In this document: positions 25,141 through 39,344 of the stretch, in pieces
Layout: each line of letters starts with the position of its first letter
Position numbering within the stretch: position 1 is the first letter of the stretch
Origin: Lytechinus pictus
Taxonomy: Eukaryota
Assembly: GCF_037042905.1 (NCBI RefSeq)
Contig: NC_087251.1
Location: 8,062,001-8,126,000, forward strand
Length of the DNA: 64,000 nucleotides
Reading direction: 5' to 3'
Made by a program: the position numbers and the translations under genes
The notes under the pieces: model-generated
The model's database searches: none
Seen by the model: only the letters and a program-made list of their open reading frames with translations
What the model was told of the DNA's origin: nothing

Positions 25141-27402
25141 TTAAAAATGCATTATCCTTTTGATATTGGGATTTGAGAGGATCTTTATTATAATAGAGTC
25201 CATAATCAACTTCATATTCTTTTGTTTTTAAAGATAATAGGCAGAGATAAAGAGGTAGAGAATTACTGGCTTGGCCTTATGCATGTTGTGTGTCGGACTC
25301 AGAATAGGTTCCCATATTATTGAGCCCAGATTCCTATTGTGGCCTTGAAGAGCTAGCATTGACATTCCTATGCATAGATAGAATGGTATGGTATGTGACG
25401 TCACATAGACACTGTGCTGCTATGTGGGATGGTTAGTGTTTGTAATAGTAACTGAGGTCAGGTTCACACCATTTATTGAGTCTCAAACATAATTTTTAAT
25501 AACATAAATATGATTGTGTGTGTCGTTTTATCAAGAGCGCCAATGGAAGTGTATGGGTAGATATTCATTAAGGTCAACATGAATGTTTAGCACCAGCATA
25601 TTCATGACTTTTTATACTGTATTCTGGCTCTGTCTTTTTTTATTTTTAACAAGAAAGAGATATGATTTTATGTGGGAATAGAATTATTGAGAAGAGGCAT
25701 ACTGGTATCTACTTTTCTATAGACCAATTGAGCTTCATATGTCAAAAACCGAAAATCAACTCTGGCAAGAGGTTTATGAATAGGTATTTAGCCATACACT
25801 CAAGATTTTATGCATGAATTAGTAAGCATCAAGGACTGACAGCAATAGGTTCTCTCAGAGAGATCTAGTTATGAAAATAAATCAAAGGTGGCAGTGGATC
25901 AACCTGGGTTGTAATCTAGGCTCTATATATTAGTAACCCAATTATTGATTCTGCAATTGACTTTTCAAATTTATTTCATATAACCAATGCAACAATCATG
26001 AAAATCAGTCATACCATCAATTTTCTAAGTCTTGACTTGTTAGTGGGCTTTTGAATTTTAGTACATGTATTAGGGAAATTCAAATTTCAAGACCAAGTTC
26101 ACCCCAGCATCAAGTTCATCTTAAAGCAGATACGAACCAATAGCGCCATCTCGAGTCCTCAGCTACTCATACCTGGCCAGTTTCCTAACCCATAATGCTA
26201 GTGTAGTCCAGTAAAATAGACCCAGTTGAATGATAACATGTTAATTAACAATTACATGTACTTTTCCTCTCAAAACATTTTAGTTGTTTCTCTATACCAA
26301 TACAATTACAGGTCAATTTATTCTCTGTAGTATTAGTAGATATCTGAAAACGTATATTTTAAGACTACCGGTATGTATTTATAACACACAGTCCATGAGA
26401 GACCACATACAGTTCACTCCCCCTTTAATAGAAAATATCAAAGAAACATAGTGCACTGACAAAAATTATTAAGAAACAAAAATCTTCAAACATTGTAATA
26501 GTTCCTTGGTATGCAAATGAGAGAAACCTTGTTTCACACCACACAGTATTTTATGAATTCATTATTTATTGCATTTTTTCAATAGTATGAATTTATTTAA
26601 AGATAAGAAGTTCTCAGATGAACCAAGTTCAAATACTGACATATTTGTTCCATGAATAATACACAGTATTAGAGGTCCCCCCCCCCCCACAAAAAAAGAG
26701 AAAGAAATGTTTGAAGTTTCTTGTACTTATAATTGAACAATATTGAGTGCATGACATCATTTGCATTCATCCTATATTCGATATGCATAATACTGTTTTG
26801 TGAAATAACAAATTTCTAAAATCCATTAAAATAAACTTTTTTAAACCATATTTGTCTTAATATATTTCAGAACAGAGTACATTCCTATTGTGTTACAATA
26901 GGAATTTATATCACAGAAGTAGCGGGAAATTCACATACTTGGTTTTTGTATACATACTTAAAACAATTTTTAAAGTACCTTGAAATAAAATCTTATTTTA
27001 AGATATAACTTGAAAAATCTTTAAACTATCATTTTAAAATTTAACCTCTAAAATATCAATTGCATAAGGAAAATAAATGGAAAAAATGAGGATAAGTTAT
27101 TTATTCTATTCAAGTTTCATGTCTCTATAAAAAAGAACTGAACTATATGATTTCACAGAATGTAAGTAGCCATTGAAACAACATGAACCAGGGACTAATT
27201 ATTATTACAATGAAGTAACAATATTACTTATACATGTCATTTCCTTATAAGTACCATTGTTTTCAATTTAAGAATATTGAGGATATTGAATTTTAGGATA
27301 TTTTACACTGTAAAATCACATACTTGATTTGATTGCTGCTGTGAAGTCATTTTTCCTGGTACATGTACATGCAAGTGAAGAGAGACACATATATATAGTG
27401 TT

Positions 27403-27750
27403 GAAGGGCCATGGTGTATTGGTTCTGACTCTCGCCTTGTAAACAGAGGGTCATGTGTTCGAATCCCACCGCGGTCTAGCGTCCTTTGGCAAGGCGTTAA
27501 TCCACACTTTGCCACTCTCAACCCAGGTGCAAATGGGTACTCGTAGGATGCAAAAGTCATTGTATGTTTGAATTTGCAAGTGCCAGTATAAGGCTGCGAT
27601 GAATGCAAGGAATGCTCCTCAGGGAGTGGAAATTGTGCACTTTTCTTGCAGGATTGAAATGAATCTAATGTCTGGGGTAATAATATGTTGTAAAGCGCTT
27701 TGAGTCGTTATGGGAAATGCGCTATATAAAAAATAGCTATTAATATTATA
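27403..27750 (+). mobile_element. tRNA-derived SINE with conserved-domain-like body and LINE-type tail
   Basis: A box tggtgtattgg, B box gttcgaatccc; central cccaggtgcaaatgggtac resembling the Deu/Nin domain (from memory); tail gtaaagcgctttgag..gcgctatataaa plus AT-rich repeats typical of CR1/L2-mobilised SINEs. Confidence 0.85.
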
Positions 27751-28718
27751 TTTCAATCATATGATAAGTAAGGATAATCTATTAAAGTACTTTCAGTGGC
27801 TTTCCAATTTGAAATGTATTGTCACTGATACTCGGGATAGCCTATAATGTGCAAAAATATGATAAAGTTGTACCATAGCTAGGCAATCAGACCTGTTACA
27901 AAAGAAGTGTTTTATCACATCAAATATCATATACTGATGTAGGCTGAAGAAAATTGAAATTATTTAAAATGAACCCCTGAATGAACTTGCCTGCACCATT
28001 TTACAATAGTGAATGAAAGATTCTCACCTATGTTTTGTTTTAAATTCATATCATAGGCAAAATACACTGCAATGCTGCAGTTAGATAACTACAAATACAA
28101 TACTGGTGCACGGAAAATCGTATTAACTTGGGATTGATAACATTTGGAAGTTTGAGAAGTTCTTTTGAAAGATAAAGCTTTACATGTCCTTGATGTAGAA
28201 ATAAGGGCGAGATGAAAAATAGAAAACTACCTCCAGTGAGCTCATATTCCTAGATTCAAATTCATGACTATACTTCGATTTCCCGGGGCTTCTAACAAAC
28301 TTCCCCTCCATATGAAGTAATAGTTCCCTATCAGTTCATTACCTTGTTTCACAATTGGCCAGTGCGCACGCGAGTAGGCGAGTGTGTATGCAATGAGTGG
28401 TGTAATTCACTGATAATAGTTTCATTCTATGTTGACACAACTCTCCACTGGTGAATATAATAGCAACTCTGGCTTGTGTGCTATTTCATTATTACCAGTT
28501 CACAAACAGGAATCAACTTCCCCGATAATTCAACGTGCGTGTTCTCTCTTGTTCTCTCGTCAGGTACTTTTCCTCTTTTTCCTTCTCTCCCTTTGCGCAA
28601 GTGTCCGTATAATTTCCCTATGTGTAGGATGAACTTTGCTTTTGTCAGATTTGTCTGATTTCATTTACCGTTGCAACTCTCGTTCCTATCGGACTTCTTT
28701 TTCTCAGTTATAACATTT

Positions 28719-29035
28719 GGGATTTACTCTAGATTTCTGTTTACTTCAATCATTTTCCTCCGCTTTGCTCTGTGTTTTGTGTGATAATTTAAAAATTGGT
28801 ATGTTTTGATATCTTCAAAATCTTTTCACTTTCTTTTGTAAGATTATAGATGGACATATTGACACTATTACCTTGGGGATTTACTCTAGATTTCTGTTTA
28901 CTTCAATCATTTTCCTCTGCTTTGCTCTGTGTTTTGTGTGATAATTTAAAAATTGGTATGTTTTGATATCTTCAAAATCTTTTCACTTTCTTTTGTAAGA
29001 TTATAGATGGACATATTGACACTATTACCTTGGGG
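28719..29035 (+). repeat. Recent 157-bp tandem duplication
   Basis: gatttactctag at 28721 and 28878; the copies differ at about one position (cctccgc vs cctctgc). Confidence 0.92.
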
Positions 29036-32000
29036 TTTTACTTTTAAGTTAGTACAAACGTACATGTATGACTAAAATTTGAGTTGGTACTTTTCAATAT
29101 TCTAAACTCTAATTAGATTAGCTCAATGTTTCTCAAAGTTGACATGGACCAACATTCTAAGAAGATATACCGGTACTACTCTTCATGTAAAATGGGGGAA
29201 AAAACCTGACAATGCATTGATATGCCTACAAGACATGTTGAATCAATCTGAGTTATGTTAGTCATAGTGCATGTTATATGATTTAAGATGAGTCATAGAT
29301 AGATGACTTGTTTAGGAGTTGCTACATTGTTCCTGGACAGGACGAAGTGGAACCCAGACCCATTGGGTCATGATGTTGTGGCAATATTTCAATAAATTTA
29401 ATCAAATCAAGGTGTTGATGGTTTGTAAGGATGGGACTTCCCCTTCTTTGTACTTCAGATATGCATGTAGGTTCCCAGATCAGTCCTCATCCAGAGTGCA
29501 TAGATCTATAGGTTACAGCTGGTATAGTCTCACAATCTAGGCCTACAGGCTGCAATCAAAGTGACCTTGTCTGTTTCTACATTTAAAACAAATAAAGTAG
29601 ATGTCAGATTAAAAGTAATTAAAACTGGAAATATTGTTTGAAAAGATTGGTTCCAAAAAGAGATACAGCTAACAACTGAAGACTATTATTTCAGCATATT
29701 TGTAATTAGCTGAATTGGATGAGCCTGCGCATATCAACATTTTAAAAGAAATATGGTGCTTTATAAATGCTTTGGATCATCAACTAGTGGCAAAGTATTA
29801 TGTTATAATCATTAAATTATTTCATGAAGGAAAAACATATTGAGCACATTGTTATAAAGTTTGTTGCACATGTACCAAAACAGACACATGTTTGCAACTT
29901 TTCATTTTTTTTAAATGCACATGAATATAATGTTAAATGCTCATCTCTTTCTCATTATGTAGAAACCTCAAACAGAAGTTTTGCTAGATCCAGTCACATT
30001 TGATTTATCTATTTTAGTGCATCAAGTATTACAACATGAATTGATGTTTAATCTGACATAATGAGTATCAGAGTGATATTGACTGGTGAAATTACTTGAA
30101 AGAGCATATTGAAAGCTGTAGTGAGGCAAACATTGAGAAATGGTTCTTTTCCCCTAGTTGAATTGTCATGGATACCTAGATCTGCATGAATCTGAGACAT
30201 ACGTGTAGCTAAAGAAATCATAGGCAGTGAGTCCCTAATTAAGATTAAACTTTAAAGAATGGTTTTTGTGTTTGTGTATACTGTGTATTAATTACAGTTG
30301 ACAAGAGATATTGTATACTGAACTCTACTGATGTTCAATGTTTTCCATGGTGTTTTTTTTTTTTTAATGTTGGGCTTGACTTATTGAAAGCTGAGCTGAG
30401 TGAGACGACTTTCTTCAACCTTATAGACGGCTGTGTGACGCTCTAGTTTCTGAGCTGATGACTAGATTGTCACATGCCAGGCACACGCCAAAAAACAAGA
30501 AGTCACAGCCAAAATATATATTCATATTTCCATCACACTACATAATCCTCTCTACGTCAGTCAGTCGGTTCTGCGTTTTAACCCGCATAGGTAAGGGTGT
30601 GTGTTATAAGTGTGTAAGATAGACAGTGTGTAGGCCCTTGCACGTCTTTGCTGTATGCCACCAACTATTCTTGGAATTCACAGACTCTGGTTACATCACT
30701 AAAATGAGTTCATCAGATTCTCTTGTCTGAACTACCAGTTTAACATTTAGTTATATCATAGTTGTAGGCATGCCATAAACCCTTTTAAAATGCAGTACCC
30801 ACAGTATGTAAGAAATACCAAACTTGCAAGGGCAAGAGGTGTATGTCTTTGTTCTGCAGGTTTTTGATAGTTTTTCATATTGCACCCATGGCATCAAAAG
30901 GTCTGTATTGAGAGACTAGATCTATCCATTGTACGTAGTTGTCTGTTACCGTGAATTGTGTAGGAGTTCTACTGCTACAGCTAGCGCATGAGCAAGAGCA
31001 ACAGCTTTACTTGTCTTTATAGTTCAGGGCAAAAGCAGAATAGTAGAACATTCGCAAGTGAGTCGTCATGAGTGGAACTTGTTCTTTATCTCTCTCCTGT
31101 GCAGTTGTATCACATAGAGAGCAAAGGATATCATTGGATAGGATTAATTGTCATGTTGGTGCTTCCCAAACTCCTGGGATTGGAATTAATCTCTTGTTAT
31201 ACATGGATGGTACTCATTCTAATTTGATTCTCCTGATGAAGAACTCTCTGCTTTATTTCTCAATGTTTGCATTACTTCACTGATTGTAAGTGTTTATTTC
31301 TTCACCTAGATGATTATTATCCTGGTCAGACCCATAGACCCATGGCAAATTAAACAATTTTTAATGATGATTTAATTGTTAACAGGTATTAAGATCTTGG
31401 TCTTAATCGATTTTACCCAAGCATAATTAGGTTGTAGCAAGATAAAATAATTTATTTCAGAATTATGAAAAAAACATCAATTTGCACCTCCTGTCATTGA
31501 ATTCTTAATGTAACTTTTGGGTTGCAAGTTTATCTGTCTATGAATGTTGTGTGTGGGAAGTACTTTAAGCCCATATAATGTTTTTAAATGATAGTAACAA
31601 TATTTATTCTTCCTGATGATGTTTTCCTGTAATGATCAGTCAGAGAAGTACTCTAGATATGTTTGCATATGAGCAACAATTACTTCAGACAAGACTTAAA
31701 TGGCAAGGATTACATGTAGGGCCTACATGCAGAAATATATGCTTACCACACCATACACAAATGAGTAATAATTTATGAAGAAAAAGCTTCGTAAGCAAGT
31801 CCTGAATGTATTCTAGTTTGAATCTTTTTAATATAGGCTAGTAACATAATAAATAGCCTCTCAGTCATCTGTAGAATCATGGAAATAGGAACAAGGCCTG
31901 GTAGAACAGGCATACTATTAAACATGTACATTTAAGCATGTACATGTATAGGCTTTAGGTTTATCAATGTATCTTTAAAACATATATACTCATTGTGTAA

Positions 32001-32796
32001 TATTAAATCTTTGTTTGTAGTGCATTATTTTTCAACCTTTATGTTAGGCCTGCACAAATAGGATAAATGTGATAATGAGGCAGCATTTGATCATGAAAAA
32101 TTAAGTTATTGTTAGAGTCTAAAATGATCATGTAGCAAGCTTGATCATAATATCAGGCAGAAAGAAATGAAAGCAGTATGGGTAAAAAGCAATCAAGTAT
32201 GAAGATTGACTAAGGTAATATAGAAGTCAAGAGCAGTCTTTTGGTCAAACAGCACTGAACATTGAGTACATGGTCAGTATGTTGACACTGACCCATATAT
32301 GTAAGGAGGTAAACTGGTATTTCTATACTGCTGAGCTTCAGCCCTTGACCTGCTGCAGATGATATGTACCGTAGTTCGTTCTCTACTCAATGCAAATTGT
32401 ACTTTGGATGGCAGGTTTGCTGTGTATTTAACATATTTACTAAACAGCTTTGGTTGCTTCATTCAAAGTCAGGGCATAGTTATGAGTTTGTATTGTTATG
32501 GAGATAAATGTAGGCCTATTGGATGTTATTTGTTTTCCAAATATCACTGCTTTTTTCATAGTATAAGTGTGATAGCAATCTTTAGTGACATACTATTTCC
32601 ATTCATTTCAAAATTATCTTGATATGTATGGAATTCTATTGAATTGATATTGAACCATAATGTCGAAATGGTTTTTAATATATTTGTATTTTCATTTATT
32701 TTCAAATGTTTTCCCATTTTTTTTAATTTTTTTTAATAGATTTATTGACTTAATGATTAATGTATGTATGTTTGTTTATGTTGTCATTTCAGATCA

Positions 32797-33798
32797 ATGC
32801 CTGGGCTGGTAGGGACCGGCACCAAGAGGAAGAGGGATGATGGTGAAGATGGCGTGGAAGGGAGCCATCGCTTGGCAACCTGTTCTCAGGTTTGCTCTTA
32901 CACCTTACAGCGTCAGTGTGTGCTCAACCTCTCTGCTTGCAAACTCCAGATGTCTCGCCAGCAGATTGAACCACCTTTACGCCGTTCAGTGCTCATATGC
33001 AACACACTGCGGCATATTGAGCGGGAGCTTCGGGCAGAAGGTCGCCACTATGACTGTTCGAGAGTGTCTATGTTGATCTCTAACCAACCGCTCTGTATGG
33101 ACGCACCGAACAAGGAGAGCATTCCATCCAGCCATGATAGCAGTAATAATTCTAGTTCTAGTCCTGCAGAATCTAGAGGATGTTTAAATGAGAGAAGTCG
33201 AGCCAGTAGTGAGAACACGTGCCCTGCTGTGCAGAGGTGTGCACAACCTTTGGCAGACAAATGTTCCCTGTCGTTGAGCGACAGTAGATTGCAAGCAGAC
33301 AGTGTAGAAACAGCAAAAACAGATGTAAGCCATGAAAATAACAATTGCCTCCCATCAATTGCCAATAAAACCACTATGCCAAGCCACCTAGATACAGCTC
33401 CTCAACCAACGAACACGTTGACAAGACTGACGGACAAACTCTCAAGAGATACTATCAAACAGGAAATCAACTCTTGCTTGGACATGACCACTACTCCTAC
33501 TCTGAATGCTGCCAGTACAGACATCATGGAGTTTGGTGATGAGATCTTTGAAGACATTGATGTCTCACTGTATGACTTTGATCTAGCCTCTCCATTCATT
33601 CCAACCCATACACCCAACCCTAACCCCAAACCCCCATCACCGTCTTCTAACTCAGAGGACTGGATCAGGTCTTTCCAGGGGGATATGGCGGGGTTAGACG
33701 TCTCCTCAACGGGGGCTCAGGGTAACTGCCGCAGTGACCTCATGCATGTTGATGAACTGGATCAAATTATGCACATACTGGTTGATGTCGGCATGTGA
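32797..33798 (+). CDS. SERTAD2: SERTA-domain protein (SERTAD2/TRIP-Br2/CDCA4/taranis family), main coding exon, 333 aa from the Met after the splice acceptor
   Basis: N-terminal GTKRKRDD basic motif; SERTA domain YTLQRQCVLNLSACKLQ..EPPLRRSVLICNTLRHIERELR; acidic FEDIDVSLYDFD motif; C-terminal DELDQIMHILV motif. The acceptor ttgtcatttcAG (32791-32792) lies 4 nt before the ATG, as in vertebrate SERTAD genes with one main coding exon. The symbol is family-level and exact orthology is not resolved. Confidence 0.93.
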   Translation: MPGLVGTGTKRKRDDGEDGVEGSHRLATCSQVCSYTLQRQCVLNLSACKLQMSRQQIEPPLRRSVLICNTLRHIERELRAEGRHYDCSRVSMLISNQPLCMDAPNKESIPSSHDSSNNSSSSPAESRGCLNERSRASSENTCPAVQRCAQPLADKCSLSLSDSRLQADSVETAKTDVSHENNNCLPSIANKTTMPSHLDTAPQPTNTLTRLTDKLSRDTIKQEINSCLDMTTTPTLNAASTDIMEFGDEIFEDIDVSLYDFDLASPFIPTHTPNPNPKPPSPSSNSEDWIRSFQGDMAGLDVSSTGAQGNCRSDLMHVDELDQIMHILVDVGM

Positions 33799-36700
33799 AT
33801 TCACCAGAGTATTTTTATATATTTTATATAAGTTATGCAGAACTTTTTTACTGAAAATATTGTAAGAATAGAAATATAGAAGTGAGCACTTATTTCAGTT
33901 GTCAGAGAAGATGGGAAGTTATAAAAGAGCAGCTGGATCAAAATATGAGACATGGAAGAATTGAATACAACTCAGGTTTTTTAAAGTGTTAACTAGATAT
34001 TTATATGAGAGAAGTCGTCTTCCTGTAATAGATATATTGAAAGAAAGAAAGAGAATTGGGGTACATGTAAAGGAAAGTTAATTAGGTAAAATGTTGATCT
34101 ATAGGTAAATTTTATGAAATGGCTAGATCAAAAAGATACACTCGTGTGCCAGTATATTTTAGCTTGTAGTTCTAAGTTCTTTGTTTGAAATCACATGCAC
34201 ACACTGAATGAATGGCATTGAAATCTTTTATAATAGAGTATAACTAGTGTAGTCAAGGACTTTGTGTCTTTCTCCAACCCACCTTCTTTGTCTCTTCCAT
34301 GATTCAACGAGGCCAATTTATTTCACCTCGTCCTCCAACCATACATGTTTCCTTTTCAATTATCTTCCCTTTCGGTTTGGTTTCGATCTAGAAAGAACAA
34401 CCAGGTGGGTTTATTTTCCATAGTTAATTGTAACTTTTTACAGAATATTTTTCTGAGGCTTTACATCCATTGAACATCCATCCCAGACAAATAGATAAAA
34501 TCTTCTCCACAAAAAAGACCTTGATTTCTGATATCTGAAAAACTAAATCAGTGTCTAAGAAATTATCTTGTCTAGAAAAGCTACTGATATTATGTTTTAC
34601 AATCTAAACATACATGTAATATTCACAATTTCTCTGTATTTCTTTACTTATAGATGTCTAGAGAATTTATAAATTGATCATTAGTTCTCCTGTATAAAAT
34701 GTCTTCCTGTTCTATGCTCAAGAATTTGTCTGTACAGATGTAAAGCCTATGGAGGTAGCTTCAGCAAATTCATCAATAATTCATGAAAGATCACTGGGGT
34801 TCTTCGCTCCTGCTAGCTCCCATCTCTCCCTATCTTTCTCTCTCTCTCTCTCTCTTTGCTCATGGCGGTTGCTCTACATAATGGGCGTTATGATACAGGA
34901 GCTTTGCTAGGCTTCAGTCTATGTCAAACGCTGAGGCATAATAAAATCTCTAGTTAAGTAGAAGGCTAATAGAGCACATCCTGTACTCTACAACAGGAGT
35001 CCATTCATTTACATGGTTGTCTATTACTCTTATTTAAAGACAACCTAAATATCACATCTCAATAACTAAATTGTAATTGTGAAATTCTTACACCCAAAAG
35101 TATTTGGTTGCCCTTTGAAATTGAATGAAATGCACCATGTAGTACGGATGAAAGACAAGTTTTTCCAATCATCAATGTTTACTTTAGTTGCAGAATGCTA
35201 CATACAGTATGAGATGCAATCTGCTTCTCACATTACCAAAAGATCACAGTTTTAAATGAAAATGATATCTGAACACTTTATGGATCTCATGACTAAGGAT
35301 TTTGATTGTAAATATGTTAAATATATATAACCTGTTATGGCCTCATGTAGTACTCACAAGTATTCATGTACTATGGCTGGCGCAGTCTAACTCACAAGAG
35401 GCCTAGCAACCAGTTGAGGAAATCACATGACCTATTTTCATAGCAACCTGTTGCATGTCGAACCCAACTCAGGGGGCCAATGTGTTGTAGTTTGGGTTTT
35501 CCAAAACTTATAATAGCTTTATACATGTTACTGAAAAGTTATCTCTTACATCATAAGTTTGCTGTGGCATGGGTACCCCAATCCAGATTAAAAAAAAAAA
35601 ATCAGTGACTAATTCATTGACTGACACTGATTTTGTATTTCAATATTAATGAATAATCCATGATAGTGTTGACCTTTGTACTTTGGGGGAAAATGTTGAT
35701 TTTTTTTTTGCATTTTTCCTGCTCAACAAATTTAGCAATACATCATGCTGAAAAAGTAACATCACACTAGCAAAGTACCTCAGCCCTTATTTAAATATTC
35801 TCTTATCATGAATTAAATCAGATAGGGGAATTCCCAGTTTTCTTTCCTGAACAAATCTGTCCATATAGCATAAGCCAATCTTATTTTGTTGATGCTCTAT
35901 CATGGCTTTATAGGTATTGATCAATATACCATGAACCTGATCTAATTCAGAGGAACTGTATTCATTGAATGACATTCTTGTATTCAGAGGTAGAAATTTA
36001 TGTCTCAGTATAGCAGACATATGTGTGTGAAATCGATAATAAGAAAACCCTCTGACAAGATAAGTAATAATGTAGCTATTGGAAATCAGCATATTGATTG
36101 ATAAGCTTATGTAGCATTATTGCACTTTAGTTGAATTTGAAATTCATAGGATTTGAGGGGGGGGGGTTATGTCTGGCAACTGAAATAGGTGCTCACATTG
36201 TTGTATATTCATGTACAGTAATAATGTTAAGGGAGAATTTCTATGAAAACAAATATTTGGGCTTCTTTGAATACAAGAGCCAAGATTTTATATCAGAAGT
36301 TTTATGAGAGTAAATGAAGTATTTAATTGAGGTAATTTATGACATCTCTTTGTAAGATTACCAGTCTTACAATAGAAATTCATTTTTATACAAAAATTAT
36401 TTGACATTTGTAACTAAAAAAAAGAAAGAAAGAACGAAAGAAAGAGGGAAAGAAATACAGCTGACTCTTGAAGAGTCTGATTTTATATTTATTCCACCAT
36501 GAATTTGATCCTCGTCTTCATGTACATGTGCTTTGTATTGTTCCATCACGGATCCAAACAAATTTGAATACAGTTCAAATCTTTGAGTAAGTAATCTTGA
36601 ATACAGAATATAAGGCAGTAATAGGGCTGAAACTTCGCTATTATCTGCCCAAGTTAAGGGATCTACATAACTTAGACAATATGATTTTCCATTGAATTTC

Positions 36701-39344
36701 TTATTCAGAATTAAATCTAGTGACACTATTACTGAATTAGGATTTCAATTATCCATGTGAAAAAAATGATCTGAAATAAAGTATATAGGGTAGGCCTGAG
36801 TTTAGAAGAAAGACAGACTTGCAGGAGTAGCGCGATATGTCAAGTGCAATTACTGTTGGATTGAAGCTTTTGGTCAGAATGTGGCAACATGTCACATGGT
36901 ATTAACTTGTCAATTATATTTTATGTAACACAACATGCACAAGTACCACCAATAGAAGATACCTTGGGTGATTTAAAGTTCAGTGTTATAATTGGTGTTG
37001 GTGTTGAACTGATATATACACCAGTCACAGCACCTTACTTGAAATGAGACTGGTGCTTGAAATGATATTATCAGGTGTTGAGCTTGGTTAAATTGCCCAA
37101 ATTATGCTCAACACCAACACCAACGCTAACCTTGAAATCATCTATTAAGCTCAGAGTGCTATTAAATGTTTTAATGTGCAGCATTGTTGTAGGTAACTAA
37201 AAAGGATCCAATCTTTTATCCACTTGTGCTTCCTTTGAATAATGATGAAAGAAACATTTAAAAGTTATACCTTGCCCATTTGTGTTTAAAATGAATTTCC
37301 TTGGTGAGAAATTTGACCCTCCTGTCATTTTTTAGTCACAAAGATTTTATAAATTTAATTAGTCCTTAATCTTATCTCAACTCTTTCCATTTCCAGTTCT
37401 TGACATCTTGAACAATTTTTCTATTGTCAGTATAAAGTAACTTAGCAAATTAGATTATATTTCCTTCACATTTTATTTCAGCGATAATACATCTCTCAGC
37501 TTGAATAATCATGATTTATAATTTGATATCTACATGTATAAATATTAATGAATTATTGAATGTTGATAATGATATTATTTTGATGAGAATTTTGGTACTA
37601 TTGTTTCCTGTTCCCTACTAATCATGTGATGTGTTTGGTATCGTACTTTATATGTCTTATCTGTCTTGTTAGACGTGATGTCTGCATTAGAGTGTCCCAA
37701 ACTCTCATTTGAATAAAACCCATAGCACCTCATCATTTTCATTTTAAACAATGCAATTGAATACTTTCTTGGAATTAACACTCAACCCAGTTTGCTAAAA
37801 CTTTTTTTTGTTTTTTATCAATGACAAGATCTATGACAAATTCTTCTTGCCAATCCAATGTAAGAATTCTTGATGCGGAGATCATTGCATAGTGGTATGA
37901 TACATTGTTTTTAACTGGGACTACACTGAAGGAGGAGGGCAAGTCCAAATTATTTATATGTAGCCTTTTGATGTCTTCAATAGTTCTAGGTTTCCACATG
38001 TATATGCTTATGTTTTTCATTTTATATTTGATGTGATACAATCCCTACCTGAACTACAATACAATGGAAATTGTAGTTTTCTCAAATCTAACAAAATAAT
38101 TTGGACATGCCCATAAATACATATCAACACTTCTCTATTTGTATTTTTTAAATCTTCCCTTGGATAATGTAATAAAAATCATGAAAATGTATAATTCTGC
38201 TGATATGAGCTATAAAATAGCTTAATACATTGACAATGTCTGAGTTTATAAGCACTGTCATGTAACTGTATTTCTGTTGTGCTGCAGGTCTTATTGAATG
38301 TTTGAATTGCAATATATTTCATTGCAGTAATGTTTTCAATTGCTTTTTATCATCATATCAAAATCCATTTTTTATTACTCTAATATTGAGGAATCATTCT
38401 CTATTTGCTGCAAAGTATTGTGTAAATGCCAACACCACTTTGCATTAGTAGGACTGAAAAGTACTAAACTGTGCAAGGAAGGGCTAATATTGTACAAAAG
38501 ATGGTGCTTATTGTAACTGAATTATATTGGTACTTTTAGGAATGTGTGCAAGTACCATATATGTCATTGTTACATGTAGTTCATAGAGTTGGAAAAAAAA
38601 CTTCATCCAAGTGAATTTATTTTGATACGTATCCTTCCTATTGTGATTCAGTATTTTGCTTAACCTGAAATACTTGTGATAGGCAAGGGACTCTTGAGAC
38701 TGCATATGACAGACTATTACTTGCCTAAGACCTCTTACAAACAACTTTTTTTAGCGGACGGTATGATAATGATAAATAAAATGATTCCTAGTGAATTGTT
38801 TGTGCCATTCCCATAAATAAAGCAAATGAGTCTAAATATGTGCATTTGCTGAATTGCCTTTTTTGTACACATTTCAATATGCTGCGAACCATTTTGTCAT
38901 TTAATCCATACCTTTTATCCCAAAGAATGACGTCATTTTTTAAAACTCCATTTTGTATCCAGTTGTTTAACAACTCTTGCCTTACAACTTCTTTACAAAC
39001 CACTTAATTCCCAAAAAATAAATTCAAAATTGTTTGAATTTATTACCATGAAAGTTATTAATTTTATATTTGAGTGATTTCTTTAATTGATACTTGATAG
39101 GGCCGTAATCAAAATTAACTTACACATTAAATACCTTTGTATATTTTGATATTTTGAGAAATGTGCAAATTTCCATCTTAAATGCAAGGTGTATGATTTA
39201 AATGTAATATGTAATGAAAACAAGGATTAGTCCTTTATCCTCTGTATTCATTTGCTGGCATGCATGAATGAACTTGTTCAAATGTAATTCAACTTGCCAA
39301 GAGATGAACAAATTTATCCACCATTTTGTATTAAAAATAATAAA
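33799..39344 (+). other. Putative long 3' UTR of the SERTA gene
   Basis: AT-rich, no recognisable TEs, AATAAA at 36775, 37712, 38775, 38816, 39017 and 39339; true end uncertain. Confidence 0.5.

Noticed and set aside
27403..27475. Functional tRNA gene
   Set aside because: The cloverleaf is imperfect and runs into a SINE body and tail
32764..32796. Upstream ATG (MYVCLCCHFRS) as the SERTA start
   Set aside because: It lies in the intron's pyrimidine tract before the AG acceptor at 32791-32792
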